Position numbers and translations under genes: made by a program. A DNA stretch of 64,000 nucleotides from assembly GCA_951406725.2 (NCBI GenBank), contig OX597825.1, positions 26,908,001 to 26,972,000 on the forward strand, read 5' to 3'. Positions 23,021 to 37,940 of the stretch are shown here, piece by piece. The notes under the pieces are model-generated. The model had not been told where the DNA came from and did not search any database. It saw nothing but the letters and a program-made list of their open reading frames with translations. How positions within the stretch are numbered: position 1 is the stretch's first letter; the number at the start of each line of letters is the position of its first letter. The stretch comes from Octopus vulgaris (taxonomy: Eukaryota).

Positions 23021-24898
23021 CAGCTTCGCTGCCGCTTTCACACAGTTACGCCTTTGCATTTTCTTTAGTGCTTCCATCTAGCTTTCCCAAGCGTGATTAA
23101 CGGCGATGATCGGACGAGAGGCGATTCTTTCAACGGAATATGACCGTAAGCCTGTTTGCAGACACAAAATAATTCACAATAATTGTTAATATAGCCACAA
23201 GTGCACAGATCGTTGGGGGCCCCCACTCGGACATATAGCTCGTAATTTATTAAAGCGACAATGGAAGGACGAATGATGCCGCCTAATTATAGAATATAAA
23301 TATCTGTTTGACATGTCATAGAAAATGTTGTTCACTCTTACTAATAAGCTATTCTGATATTCAAATGTAATACTTTTTTATTCATACAAGTGATATTTCA
23401 AATAATAATTGTACTATTGTAAAACAATAAGGTAACAAAAATTAGAGTTCTAAGAATTAATTACGTGGTGCACATTTCATTTGTTCTTAAGCAAAATTAT
23501 GACTGCTTGTATATTATGTGATGGAGAGAGTTCAACAGGTTTTTATTGATTGAGATGAGTAAGCATAAAGATATTCACACGGAAGTATTTTTAATTATCT
23601 GTTAGGTAAATAAGTAGACAAATATTGCTCGTATATACGCTGTGATATTATTTTACGATAGAAAGTTCGTTATGGGTGAAAAATGCAACTGTTTCCGTCT
23701 TTTGCAGCATTTAGTTGCTTCATCTGTTGTATTCCATCAGAGATAAAATTTTCTGAGTATATGATATTTGTAATAATTACATGCCCGTAAATGTAAGGTT
23801 AATCTATAATTTTTAAGTAGGCATATTTAAATCATTTTCGTTCATTCAGACACGTCAGTAATTATCATTTTTTACTGTTATGTGCACTCATCTCTATAAA
23901 TGGGCACATTATTCTATACTTAAAATTGTAGAATACAAATTTAGTATACTTTGACATGAATGGTTACTCAGCTAAGACCTCATCGGACTTTTGGATGATA
24001 ACGTAGACAGCTAAAACTTCGAAGTCACTCCCAATACCCTTCTTCTTAATGAATACTATATGTGAGGGCGTGTGTGTTAGTGCGTGCGCATGCGTCTGTG
24101 AGTGTGTTTCTAACTCATTCTGGCACATTTCGGATGATTCCTGAAAGATCTTAATTCTAATTAACCTTGTAGCGATACAATTAATCAGAAATTATATTTG
24201 TGTTAGCTATAAATATCATAAAAATATATAAGATAATATATTTTCCGTGACATTTTCTTTGGTTGTGGAATACTTTTTACTACACTATTCGAACACAGCA
24301 ATAATTCCTTGTAGTAAAATACTAAAAAAAAAAAAAAAAACCAGAAATGCAGTGTACTGCTTTAAAAATACATAAGTTTTGTTTTAGTCAGTTTCAACAC
24401 AAACCATCAATCATTTGAAATATAAAACTATATATTGAGGGAAAATGAATGGAAGATATCTGATTTATAACACTGCGATGGCTATCTTCTGTATATACAT
24501 ACTTAAATACGTACGTACACACATACGTACAAACATATGTACATATATACGTAGAGATACACTTGCATGCATACAGACGTATTCATTCGTTTGTATTATA
24601 TGCTTGTGACTTAACACACGTTCACATATAGAGACAACGAAAAGAGAAAAAAATGGATAAAGGTATGTATTTTTAAAAACATCTGTGTGTGTATATTGGC
24701 AGAGGGATAGTTGTATATAAACAAAGTATTTAGGCTATAAATAAATAAAAAAAAAGCAAATATGGCGGGAGCGTATATATGTAAACGAATCTGCATCAGT
24801 ACATTAATCAACCTCTGCCAACACATATAGATACTCTTGTATATACTCATATATATTTATATACATACAAGCATATATACATGCACACACACACACAA

Positions 24899-24953
<55 letters not shown>

Positions 24954-25329
24954 TAAATATATACATATGCATATATATAAATATCTATCTATCAATATAA
25001 TATATATATATGCATATATATATATGCATATATATGCCAGTGTTTGCCAAATGTCTGCGTCTCTGTGTATATTCAGTGAATACTGTATCTGTTGGTGTTA
25101 TATCACATTTCGTGAAGTTGTGTTTATCAATCAACTACACATGTACACATATCCATCAGAATCACCGCTTACACACAAATACACGCGACCGTATATATAT
25201 ATATATATATATACGTGTGTGTGTGTATGTGTATGTGCACCTGTGTGTTTATATCTAAATACATACATATATGTATATATGTAAATACATATAAATGTAC
25301 ACGGTCACACATATGCACATATATATATA

Positions 25330-25369
<40 letters not shown>

Positions 25370-25503
25370 GTGAGTGAGACATATATACAATCACTCACAA
25401 CCGTATTTATTTACAGACATAAACATTTGGATATACACAGTCTCATATCTCTTTCTCTCTAGAAAAAAATGAAATAATGATAATAATAATAATAATAATA
25501 ATA

Positions 25504-25536
<33 letters not shown>

Positions 25537-26276
25537 ACAACAACAACAGCAAAACCAAGAACAACAACAATAATAATAGTCAGTGGAGGAAGAGAAACAA
25601 TATCTCTAAAAAATTCCGAGATATCGAATTCAATGAGATTTTAATATTATCTGCGAAAAATATCGTATAAATTAAATACAATATGGCAGAAAGAAATTGT
25701 AACTATAGCATAGAACTAACTATAAAAAAAGTTAACAAAATTTATTTATTCTGTCATGCGTGAATTAGGACAGGTGAACTGGAACGTATGCAAAGCATGG
25801 CAATATGACTCCTTCTTTACTGCTGCGTCAAGATGGTAATGTTTCTCAAGAGGTTGGCGTTATGTACTTTTGTTTTTCAAATTTTCATTTCGCTATTTTG
25901 TTTACAATATTTGATACGCATGGTATTGTTGATAATATTGTTGCTTCAGTTCCAGCAGTTTTGTTGTTATTGGTGTTTGGTTCTGCTTCCTGTTATCGTT
26001 GTTGATGTTTATTCTTCAAAGTAACATAACATAAATAATAATAACATAAAATATCTTTGTAATATAATCTTTTTTAAAGAGTTGTTTGCATATTATTGTA
26101 TAAATAAAATACACAATTTGAATAAGTATCTAAAACGTTACCACAAAGCGCGCACGCCCACACACTCGCATATAAAAGTACACACACTCACAAAAGTGTT
26201 ATAGATTCATGGACGCACATACACACATATGTAGACATATATATTAATACACGGTACATCCATGTATATATATTTA

Positions 26277-26662
26277 TATCAGCTAAATTGTCCTATAGAA
26301 TGCACTTGGGTTTTTCAATCACCCAGCAGCTAAATAATGAAGCGTTACCAATTTAAATTAACGCATCTGTTCCCAGAGAAAATTCCTAAATCGGATTGGC
26401 ATTAATACGGCAGTATCACAAGTCTTCCCATGGAAATATTGATATCTATTGCATATAAATAGTTTATCATCTGTATCAGCTAAATTGTCCTATAGAATGC
26501 ATTTGTGTTTTTTTATCCAACCAGCAGTTAATTAATTAAGAGTTAACAATTTAAATTAACCCATTTGCTCGCAGAGAAAATTCCTAAATAGGCTTGGCAT
26601 TATTACGGCAATATCACTAGTCTTCACATGGGAATATTTATATTTATTGCATATAAATAGTT
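26277..26662. repeat. Diverged tandem duplication, 2 copies, period ~197 bp
   Basis: TATCAGCTAAATTGTCCTATAGAATGCA starts at 26277 and 26474; both units end TATTGCATATAAATAGTT. Confidence 0.9.
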
Positions 26663-27062
26663 ACTTAATTTATCTGTTTAGCAGTGTTAGGTATAATAAA
26701 TTGATTGGCTACGATTTAAACATAGTATTCAGAAACAAACGATTACGCTTTGAACGAAAGAGCTACGTTGAATATGTAAACATGACTGGCTGATTTTCGC
26801 AAGATTTTCGTAAGAAAAAAATTATTTTCAAATTTAAGCGCGATACAGTCCCCGATAATGTTTGGTACTATACTGTTTAATTGCATTTCACTAATTTGCT
26901 TTACTTGTCTGGAAATCAACATGGTCATCGGTTTATTCTATACTGCTGGTTAACTAAAATGATACACTATGAAAAGCAAGTATTAATGATATCTTAACCG
27001 ATATTTCTCAATCTCTTTTTCCCCTCTGTCTATCCCCGTCTCTCTCACTTTCCCTCTCACTT

Positions 27063-27105
<43 letters not shown>

Positions 27106-27529
27106 GACAGAAAGGTACAAGGAACATATAAGTGTGAGGGTGTGCGTGTGCGCGTGAGTGTGTGTGTGCATTCGTGGTTGTGTTTGCATGTGTATGTGTT
27201 CGTGTGTGTGCGTGTGTGTGAGTGTGTATGTGTGTGTGCTCGAATCTCCTTCAACTAATCAGAGTTCAGAATGTCCTCAGTCCAATGTTCCCCGCTAGGT
27301 CTCACGCGGCAATACAAATATATAAGGGAGTTGCCGATTCAGTTGCAGGTGGTTACAGTCATCTGAAATTTTACTGAACCAACCTTTATCGCGGGGTGGG
27401 GTCCTTTCAAAGGCCAATGAATATATTGCATATACCAATTTTATGTCAAATTAAACTTATATATTTATTCGAAACAAAAAGAAATTTACACAAAAACAAA
27501 ATTGCTTTCGAAAATGATTCTACAGATTA

Positions 27530-27692
27530 CAAGATTTATTTCTATATTGCCCAAAAGGGGCCACACATAGAAGGAACAAACAAGGATAGACAAAAGTATG
27601 AAGTCGATTAGAACGACCAAGTGTGTAACTGGTACATATTTAATCGACCACGAAAGGATGAAAAGCAAAGTCGATCTGGATGGAATTTGAAC
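27530..27692 (-). mobile_element. SINE family C-related fragment
   Basis: AACTGGTACATATTTAATCGACCACGAAAGGATGAAAAGCAAAGTCGA...GGAATTTGAAC matches the family C body at 58090-58140 and 55184-55399. Confidence 0.7.
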
Positions 27693-27694
27693 AA

Positions 27695-28044
27695 TTTTCA
27701 TTCGGGGGAACAAAGAAAATTGCAGGGTTTAAGATCGGGTGAATGGCAAGAGTGGTTAAGCGGAGGCACGCCATTTTTGGTCAAAAACTCTCTCACACTT
27801 CCGTGAGCATTGATACATAAGTTTAGCTGCAACCCTTTTCATTCGCAATTCATTGCTCTACATTCTTTTGGCGGAGCTCCACTACACATCAGGCATAGCA
27901 ACAAGTTTGTCAATTGATCAGCAGTGTCCCTCCAAGATCAGCGTCCTTATAAGCAGTTTGAAGCATGGGAACTTGTTTCAGCTACCACTTCCCCAGCAGA
28001 ATACAGAATTTCACAGAAGCACGTTGTTCCGTCGTTGTAGCTAT
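27695..28044 (-). mobile_element. Internally deleted mariner transposase relic
   Basis: Minus-strand pieces in order: TTEQRASVKFC.LLGK (N-terminal HTH), ELRMKRVAAK (just before the WVP linker), SVREFLTKNG and HSPDLKPCNF (YSPDLAP.D motif). Confidence 0.8.
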
Positions 28045-30638
28045 CGCAGAAGTCGGCAAACAGGAGAATAACACTGCAAAACAAAGACACACTATGAGGA
28101 CGCTACCAGTCAGTAAGTAGGTGTCTGAAGATCGCATCAAGTGACTTCTTGTGGCAGAAGCCGGAACGACAACGAGATTGCCCCACGGAGAAAGTTTCCT
28201 GTTACTTTTGGCTACCTGTATGCCATTTTCAAAACCTAACACTACTGACTCTATAAGAAAGCATTCAATCATGTTTATCCAGGAAATTGACAAGTGAGCA
28301 TAGATAAAATTCGAATTCATAGTAAAAAGAAGTGTTTTTCAAGAAAACTGATCGTTCTCAGTTTTCTGATTTTCTCAGATATCTCCGCTTCTTTTGAATT
28401 AATGCATATGAATAAATATACTTATACAGTGAAACTGTTCCCTTCTTGCTTATGCCTTTCTGTAGCGATACATATGCATACACGCACGCCCTCACACTAA
28501 CGCACATGCATTGTGATGCACACGTATGCATCGACTGCGCGTGTTTAACTTTCTGTTGATGCTAGGAAAAGGAAAATATTTTTAAGACTTAAGCTTGAAT
28601 TTCTTCTGTTTATTATATCATAGGACGAATGCTTCATTGAAGACTTTTACATTTAGTGCACTGAATTTGATGTCAAAATAAGTTTGTCAAGAATCGACTT
28701 GGAAAATTACTGTTTAGTTACAAAGCTACATTATTTAGAATAAAGAAAAATTAAACATTATCTTGCTAAGATATCCTGGTTATTTTTCTATTTCTACGCT
28801 CTGGCATTTTACCTTTGTTTCAATCTTTATAACCTCCAATTTTGCAATTACTTTATTTCATGTTTTGCTTGTCCTTTTTATCCGTCTTTTTTTACTTCAA
28901 ATTCATTCTTTTGCTTCTTGTAGCGTCTCATTCCCTTACACATTTTTGGTATTTATTCACCGAATTCTCTACTTCTCTCCTACTATGCTTCCGTTATAAA
29001 CTAGTCTTTTTTTCGATTTTTCTTTCTTAAAACCAATTGCTACGGCTTCTTTTATTTCCTTTTCTTTAGTTTTCTAATACTATTCTTTATTAAACTTGAT
29101 GTGACAGAATGTAGCTTCGATTTAAGGCAAACTTAAATGGAAAAAGGTACAAACGAAACTTCTTGTAGGCTTAAATGAATTTCTGAATGACATTTGAAGA
29201 AAATCAATGCAACAGTTCATAATAATAAGAAACCATACAGATTCACATCGCACTACTCACGATCCGATGAGGAAAATTGGTCTTATTTCAAGATTTGGTG
29301 AGAATTTTAAATTTTATTTCTTTACGTTGTTGTAACAACTTAAGTTATAATAAAACTAGCATCCTAAATTATTTCCAATATTAACCCATTAATGTAGAGC
29401 CATTATAAGGGCGAATTCTTAGATTTCACTGCAAAACTACAAATCTTATAATATTTACCCACTCCTATAAGTCTTACATTAACATTTATTATACATGTTA
29501 ATAGGATATGTTATTGTATCTTCAAACTATGGCTGTCGGAATGTCTAGTCGTTATATTTTTGCAAATATTTTCCACATGTCATGACTTAGGACTAATGAT
29601 ATTACAGCATCTTAGCATTGATTCAAATATTACATATTTACTCCAAGAAAGTTATTATCGCGTCGTATTGGCCAGTTACCGGTAATACTGAAAATGGCGA
29701 AATTGCATACATTCACTTTTAACTTTTCTATAAAATTTAGATATTATATGTATAAAAGTCAATAGGATTGACAACATTTCTGTTGTGGTTCCTAATATAT
29801 ATTAAATGGCCCCAATGCAAAATCCCTTTGTATATAGTAGCATTGTCATGATTATCCCTATGAAAATTGTCTGCAGTTTACATTACTGTCTATAATGAAT
29901 CGTTGTTGAGTATCGCCCAATAAAATTAACTTATAATGACTGAGCATTGTAATATAAAAGGGGCTAAATGATAATACCCTTTACATGATTGCTGATTACA
30001 CATATTTACGGCAATGCGCATTTGTAAATAAGCGATTTATGGTAAATTTGCAAATGTACGCCTATTTGCAATTTTTCAGCATAAAGAAAGCATGTATTAA
30101 TCACTAAAGTGCAAAAGTAAAACGCGATTTAGAATTGAATAATATTAGCTGCGGCATTCAGCTAATTTGCCCAACGAATATATTTATCATTAATGGAACA
30201 TAATATAATATATTAATGGAAAAATTACGACAATGGAAATTTTGATTTAGGCACAACAGAATGAGATTGTATATGTTGAATACGTGCAAGATCACTCCCC
30301 AAGAAGTTCTACTTGTATATATTTGGGAAATATTGTGCAAGTCATTAACCGTGTGATATACAGCGCTACAACATAATTATGTGTTATGTCATCTACTTTC
30401 TCGTATATTTCTGCACGTGCATTATTTTCAATAATTGCGAAGGTAATTTCAGTTATGTACTTTAGATTGTATTAGATTCTTGTTTCAGATATGCAAATTA
30501 CGCAGTTCAATAAAAGATATCCACAATTTTATCATGTATTAACGTCATATGTCTGATGAGGCAAGGATAGTAAATTTCTAAAATAACAATGTCAAATAAG
30601 GCACGTCAGCAAGTTCTTGACTGTAGAAAAACAAACTA

Positions 30639-30844
30639 CAGTAATCTCTCACCATATCGCGGTACAACTGTCACGCGCTCACTACATCGCGGATTTTTAT
30701 TGCTAATATATGTAAATTTATATCACAGGTCCTTCAATATATCGCGACTTTCTGCGGGCGAGAAGTATTTATATATTTTTAGATTTTAGTTATTTTTGTG
30801 AGAGGTTTTGGAACGTAACAGCCGCAATAGGGGAAGGGGTAATG
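30639..30844. mobile_element. Tigger/pogo-like MITE with TA target site
   Basis: TA|CAGTAATCTCTCACCATATCGCGG at the left end and GGAACGTAACAGCCGCAATAGGGGAAGGGGTAATG|TA at the right end (degenerate TIR); internal ATCGCG repeats are typical of pogo/Tigger ends. Confidence 0.6.
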
Positions 30845-31262
30845 TATCGGCCTTTTTTTAATGTATTGTCAGGTCAAATCTCAGCTGTTAACTACATCGA
30901 AATATTTCCCCTTCATCTTTGTTTAGCAATCGCCTGTAGTTGCTTGTGTGCATACGTGTCGAAGTGAAGATAATTTCGATAAGTGAAGAATATAACTTGT
31001 ATCGCTTTTGGCATGAGGTTTTCAGTTCTTATCCTCATTCAAACACCCCAATGAATATACATACACATGTACGCAACTACATACAGACAAACACACTCAC
31101 TCACACACACACTCACACAAACATCCCCAAACACTTACGCATGCACAAGTACACACATACGCACATGTATGTGTGCATGCATGTATATATATATGGCATG
31201 TATGCATGTATATAAATGTATGTACACACACACACACATATATATGTCTACATATATGCATA

Positions 31263-31302
<40 letters not shown>

Positions 31303-31356
31303 CATATATATACATATACACATTTATATACATGCATACATACCATATATATATAT

Positions 31357-31454
<98 letters not shown>

Positions 31455-33195
31455 AGTTAGCTAGTTAGAATGCTACAGAGAAGGAGAGCAAGTGGAAAAT
31501 AGGCAATATGTTACGAACATATAGAAAAATATATACATATCATAATGCAAAGCATATTACAAAGTTCGTTCGTTTTAAATCATGCACGTTTCATTCATTT
31601 TACAATGACTATGCATTTATTTCAAATGATTCAATAAATCTTCTTTTAAATCTATTCGAATGTATATGAATGTATATTTAATATGTACATTTATCATCGG
31701 TGAATTGTTTTATGTACATATGTATGCACATTCAGGCAAAGATACATATATAAACATATACAAAAATGTATATCACCCACCCACCAACACACATACATAT
31801 ATATATATATTGACGACCATGTACATATATACACACATATCAGCCCAAATTAATGGGACTGTGATCTTAATAATTTATGATTTTAAAGATAACGAAATAT
31901 TAAAGAGCAAAATAAGTAACCTTCTTTTTATAATATTCTGCTCTCTAATTGACAACAATAAAGCAAAATAAAAAAAAATTATAACTTTTTTTTTAAATAC
32001 GTGGCATAAATATAACTGGAGAATTAAAAGTGGGAGAGAAACTGAATAGAGAAAATAACTCACATTTCCCATATGAATAATCTTTTCCCGAAGCTCACAG
32101 TCGGATATCCTCGGATATCCTCATGCATTGATTACTTATAATAGAGTAGTGTCGTCCCATATTTTCAAATAACTGTAAAATATAAGGATTATGGGCATTT
32201 TATAATGTTTGCTCTTTAAAAAAAAACAAAGAACTACGCACGCACACACAGACGCACGCACATATCACAGTCATACACACAAACACACATACGCACCACA
32301 CACATACAGACACACACACGCACACACACACACTCAAAACACACATATACATATGTGTGCTTGCACATTTTTAATAAAGCTATATATTCCATTGTAATTA
32401 TTTTAATATTTATGATTCGATTATTGACATATTTGTTAATACTTTCTCGCTCTACGTTCTGTGCCTTTTATTCCGAATGCAAATACTGAAAAGCTTTCAA
32501 ATTTGTATTCAAATACTGTTCGATGGCCTTAGATGTAATCAATTTTAAAGATAACGAAGAATGCCAAACTGCAGTTCATTAAAAAACTATTTCCCTCATA
32601 AAATGTATTCGCGTTTCTATTCCATAACTCTGCTCATTGTGTTGTCTTTATTCACGTATCAAGTATTTAAACTTATCCTGTCTCTACCTTCATGCATTTG
32701 CGTTAGTATTTAGGTGTGCTCTTAAAAGTTTAAAGCACAGACTGTGATAAATTCATATCCGTAAATTAAACACTACTATATTATCAAATTATAAACCCTT
32801 ATATTAAATTGTCCGTTTATCACACTAACGAACATGCTAATATCATAGATTACACCACTGCCAAGCAATATCTATGTGCTTATAAAGGAAGCATTTCAGT
32901 TCTAGAACACCGCAGGTCTTGCAGCTTAAAATACTTTTTTAGTGCTTCTGTTACATTTACTTTCTATGAGAGATTCCTTCCTTCATCATTTGTAGGATTC
33001 AACGTATCTGAGAATATCTCAGTAAAAAATTTACCGTTCTTTTCTTTCCTCATGTATGATTCAAAATAATCCTTACCGTGTACATTTAACTGAATGTAAT
33101 TTCTTTTTAAGTTCAAGTTATGCAAATGGGAAAAATATAGTTATGCCTCATGTATATATCAATATATATCTCTTGTATATATATATATATATGTC

Positions 33196-33924
33196 CTAGA
33201 ATTGAAAAATATGCACGCTCAATTGGGTTGCAGAATGTCATAATAACCCTTAAAAAGTATGGGACTAGTATTATTGCGCAAAAGTATTAGAATCACTATG
33301 TTGTATATTCTGTGACATCTTAAAATAAAAAGAGACTCGAGTGAATTACGATGTCATAATGATAATTACATTGAGGTCTTAATATAAAAATATGAAAACG
33401 TACAAAATATGATATTTAACTTCCAATAAGTAAATTCATAGCAATGTATATAAAAACATTTCAAACTGCATGCAAATTTCCATGATAATAAAAAACGCTG
33501 GATTTATGATGAAGTCGAATCTATATAACAACTTAAATATGTAACCGAAATATTTATAACCCAAGATAATTCGCATTATGATACACATGTTAATAGAGCA
33601 TTTATACGACTTAAACAGATTATCAGTAAATAAGTTCTGATTGATTACTTGTACGTTTAGAAAAATTATGATTCATAGATTGAATTATTGCGTAGAAAGT
33701 ACACGAGTACTTGTACACCTTTTGTCAACACTGAGTATACGATAATTTAAGTAAATTAATTTTTAATATTACTTTATTTCGATAAACTAAACAGATTTTT
33801 GTGATAAAAGGATGGTACAGAATGTACAGCATATAATGGTTCGAATATTTTTGAGCAATAATGCTAGTCCCATACTTCTTAAGGTTCTGTAACATTTTCG
33901 GGTGTGCATATTTTTCAATTCTAG
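33196..33924. mobile_element. MITE-like element with ~120-bp diverged terminal inverted repeats
   Basis: CTAGAATTGAAAAATATGCAC...CCTTAAAAAGTATGGGACTAGTATTATTGCGCAAAAG (33196-33320) is the reverse complement of 33808-33924; AT-rich non-coding interior. Confidence 0.75.
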
Positions 33925-34109
33925 TTCCACACATTTTAAGCAAAGGCTGTATTATTTTATATATGCACCGTATTTCTCTTAATGGTGTGGCAGGCTCTAA
34001 TAAACTGACACCCAAACGTCGATCAATTGAAATAGCGTGAGTGTCACAATATTTATAAAGAGATACTGAACAGCAGCTAATATATTATAAAATGTACTAT
34101 AAAGAAATG

Positions 34110-34330
34110 TATTTCAATCATGTCGTACCGAGTTCGATTCCAGAAGTGGTATGTGTTGTCTTCTTGAGCAAGACCCTATTTCACGTTGCTCTACTTCATT
34201 TAGCTCTAGTTCAACATAAATGAGTTGCAACATCAATGGTGCGAAGCTGTATCGGCTTGCGCCATTCCAATGGCGTGGAGGGGGTGGCTGTTATGCATGA
34301 GCCATTGCTGGTCTATCATAAAGCACCTGG
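34110..34330 (+). mobile_element. SINE family D, partial
   Basis: GAGTTCGATTCC B box, CTTGAGCAAGACCCTATTTCACGTTGCTC and TGGCGTGGAG are shared with the 21205-21605 copy. Confidence 0.65.
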
Positions 34331-34799
34331 CCATTCCTGACGAAGGTAACAGCCAAATGGGTGCCCTTAGCCAATATATGGGCTGTGCGATGTTTCTTGA
34401 AAGACAGCATTATAGGAATGCGGACACTGTGAATTGACTTGCGATGGGACATGAGCATATAGACACAATGCATTATAGAATATCTTTCAAACAGAAAAGA
34501 TGGATAAGCTGCTTCATTTTAGAATTGGCCCAAAGGAGAATATTTATAGTTTACACGTGATAAATTGTTTTACATACGTCACATTTATTTTATGGAATCT
34601 CCATGGGAACGATTTAGCAGTGATTATCAGAAAATTGAAACAAAACTTCTAATTTCATTTTTAAGGCACTCCTGGCTCAGACTTGTTCTCTTGGTTGTAT
34701 TTCGCTACGTTCCTTTTTATTTAATCACATTCCAGAGGGGAACATTTAATGCTGTAATATTATTAACACCTCTAAGTTTCCCTTCTGTCTTTTCATTCC

Positions 34800-35115
34800 T
34801 CTATCATGTATCTTTTAGTCACTCGACTGCAGCCATGCTACAACAACGCCTTGAGGAATTTTCGTCCAACCAGTCGACCAGTACTTATTTTTTAAAGCCT
34901 GGTAATTATTGTTTCAGACAATGCCACCGAAAGATCTCTGGTTGTCAAGTTGACGGTCTTCTTTCAGTTTCTATCTATGAAATCTACTTACAAAGCTTTG
35001 GTTGGTCCGGAGCTGTAGAGAAAAAAAGAAAAACACTTACCCAAGGTGGGAAGCACTAGCAGTGAAACAGAAACCATGTGTTGGAAAGAGAACTTCTTAC
35101 CACACAATCATATCC
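34800..35115 (-). mobile_element. SINE family A, diverged with an internal deletion
   Basis: GACTGCAGCCATGCT, TCTTTCAGTTTC, CAAAGCTTTGG, AAACCATGTGTTGG, CTTACCACACA. Confidence 0.75.
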
Positions 35116-35718
35116 CAGTCGTCAGATTCTTGTGATTCGATCCCAGCGCTGGGCACATTATTTGAGTAATCTATACGTAAGGCAAAATTCGACTTCCCAG
35201 GCTAAGGTCGAAATTCAATATATGGATTCTAGAGGGAAAGTATTGTGATGTAATGAACCGGTAATTCGAAACGGTCCAATGTTGTCATAATTTATGGTGT
35301 ATTGTTTCCTTCTTATCTTTACACGCTAACAAATGAGTATGTGCCACTGTTCGTTGAAGAATTGAATAGTTGTAACTGAAACACGTGGAAATCTATTCTA
35401 TTTCTTCTTATATTACATGATTCTGTGGAATGCATATTAAATTCACGAGTTGGTACTTGTTAGTAAAACTGAATGCTTAAATGCTAATCACATAACCGAA
35501 GACTTAGTTTGGTAGAAAGTGAGCGACTCCGGTAAGTGCTTTGAATATGTTTGTGACCGTAACTATTTCTACGAGGGGTGATTAAAAGGAATGAAGTGTA
35601 ATTGAAATTATTATGGTTATATATATATTATGGCTTTATAATGCAAATACTTTTATTAATACAGCACTTGTGTTTATATATGTATACATATTTATATGTA
35701 TACATATTTATATGTGAA

Positions 35719-35759
<41 letters not shown>

Positions 35760-36439
35760 TTGGCACTTGTGTGAGTTTGTATGGGCTATATTTGCCAGAA
35801 ATAACTGCGAATGTTTCCTTTCAAAGTAAGCTAAGATAGGTATTTAAAACGAAGATCGCATTCCTGTAATTTAATTAATACGTTAAATATCATATCTCTT
35901 ATTTTCACAATTCACACACGGATCTTTTTAAACAAGTGAATCCACTTATGAAATTATTATCACTTAACATTAATATCAACATCATAAGATGTTCGTAAGC
36001 AAGCAATTTTAATTTAATAATAAAAATGAGAAACCTAGCAGAATTTGTATGGCGAAAGGATTTAGTGAAATTTCGCAAAATCACATGTAAAATAATCTAA
36101 AGACAAATTAAAATATATCAGAAACACAATGCACAAGTTTTGTTAATTATTAATCTGTATTTGTTTTCGAAAAGTTAATTAGAACCATTATTAAGTGATA
36201 ATCTTGAAGTTATTAAACATATATTTATAGAGCTGCTTCATTTTGAATAATAAGTTTAGTTTATGGAATTTTAGTAATTCATTGAAATCTATGCATTTGT
36301 ATTGTACTCAGATACTTAAATACGTGGACACAAGCACATGCACATACACACACTCACGCACGCGCGAATTAAATATACGCAGATCCACTTATAGATGTAT
36401 GTTATATATATATGCACACACAAACACATACACATATAT

Positions 36440-36836
36440 CTCTCTTTTTACTCTTTTACTTGTTTCAGTCATTTGACTGTGGCCATGTTGGAGCACCGCT
36501 TTTAGTCAAGCAAATCGACCCCAGGACTTATTCTTTGTAAGCCTAGTACTTATCCTATCGGTCTCTTTTGCCGGACCGCTAGGTTACGGGGACGTAAACA
36601 TACCAGCATCGGTTCCCAAGCGATGTTGGCAGGTACAAACACAGACACATACATATATATTATACATATATACGACGGTCTTCTTTCAGTTTCCGTCTAC
36701 CAAATCCACCCACAAGGCTTTGGTTGGCCCGAGACAATAGTAGAAGACACTTGCCCAAGGTGCCACGCAGTGGACCTGGACCCGGAACCATGTGGTTTGT
36801 AAGCAAGATACTTACCTCACAGCCACTCCTAAGCCT
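36440..36836 (-). mobile_element. SINE family A, full-length (octopus OK/OR-like tRNA-derived SINE)
   Basis: Minus-strand head with A-box-like GTGGCTGTGAGG and B-box-like GGTTCCGGGTCCAGGTCC, CORE-like CCTTGGGCAAGTGTCTT, and an (AAGAGTA)n tail. Confidence 0.9.
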
Positions 36837-36861
36837 ATATATGCATGTATATAATATATAT

Positions 36862-37079
36862 CGTGGCTCTCTGTCGGTTACGACTATCAGGGTTCCAGCT
36901 GATCCCTTTGAACGGAATAGCCTGCTCGTAAAATTAAGTGCAAGTGGATGCTGGTTCATCAGGCACGCGTAACCCGAACGCAATTCTCGGGGAGATTCAG
37001 CGTGACACAGTGTGTGACAAGACTGGCCATTTGAAATACTGGTACAACAGAAACACGAAGAAAGAGTAAGAGAAAGTTG
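36862..37079 (-). mobile_element. SINE 3' portion with a family-B-like middle and a different tail
   Basis: GAAGAAAGAGTAAGAGAAAGTTG (37057-37079) resembles the reverse complement of CAACTTTCTCTCACTCTTTCCTC in family B; the remaining ~190 bp does not match family B. Confidence 0.55.
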
Positions 37080-37282
37080 CTCTGTAGACCTTGGAGAGGT
37101 ATATCACCGTATACCGAGTATCTGTTGTGGAATGTATTGCAAGAGTGTGTGTTTAATGGGCAATTTCTAGTTGCCGTGAATGTCTATACATGTGTCCCGC
37201 AGTTTGTGCTCTTTTAATTAGTTAGAAGTCCAAATCTTTTTAAGATGGGTTTTGGGATCGTACAGCCTTTATATCGGCACTT

Positions 37283-37591
37283 TTCTCTTTACTCTTTTAC
37301 TCTTTTACTTGTTTCAGTCATTTGACTGCGGCCATGCTGGAGCACCGCCTTTGATCGAGCAACTCGACCCCGGGACTTATTCTTTTATAAGCTCAGTACT
37401 TATTCTATCGGTACCTTTTGCCGAACCGCTAAGTAACGGGGACATATACACACCAGCATCGGTTGTCAAGCAATGCTAGGGGGACAAACACAGACACACA
37501 AACACACAAACACACACACGCATATATATACATATATACGACGGGCTTCTTTCAGTTTCCGTCTACCAAATCGACTCACAAGGCTTTGGTC
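37283..37591 (-). mobile_element. SINE family A, 5'-truncated
   Basis: Highly similar to 36440-36723. Confidence 0.9.
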
Positions 37592-37940
37592 ACAATTTTT
37601 ACGAACTTGAAGGACATGGGAAGCCATTGTGGAGATTTTATCATAGCTGTTGGGTGGACATCCCTTTTGCTAGATGTACGGTTTGACCAGTAAGAAAAAA
37701 AATGTTCTCAAGAAAAATTCAGCAAACGCCAGAACGTAAGCGAGCAAGACAAATGAAAAGACACAAAATAGTAGTCAGGCTATATGGGGTCTAGCATAAT
37801 GGATGTTCACTTAATAGTCATCCCACTCATATGTATGTAGTATATTTTTTCTGAATCTTCAGATTCTTCAATATGCTAGGCCACTGGTTTTAAATTGATA
37901 TTAATCAAATTAATATTTAAGTTTTCAGCCTTATTTTTTT

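Noticed and set aside
29100-30550. Repeat-poor AT-rich stretch with octamer-like motifs (ATGCAAAT) as a candidate enhancer
   Set aside because: Short AT-rich motifs are expected by chance; no call is possible without conservation or chromatin data.
35569-35592. Mariner-TIR-like TACGAGGGGTGATTAAAAG
   Set aside because: No matching partner TIR or transposase remnant nearby.
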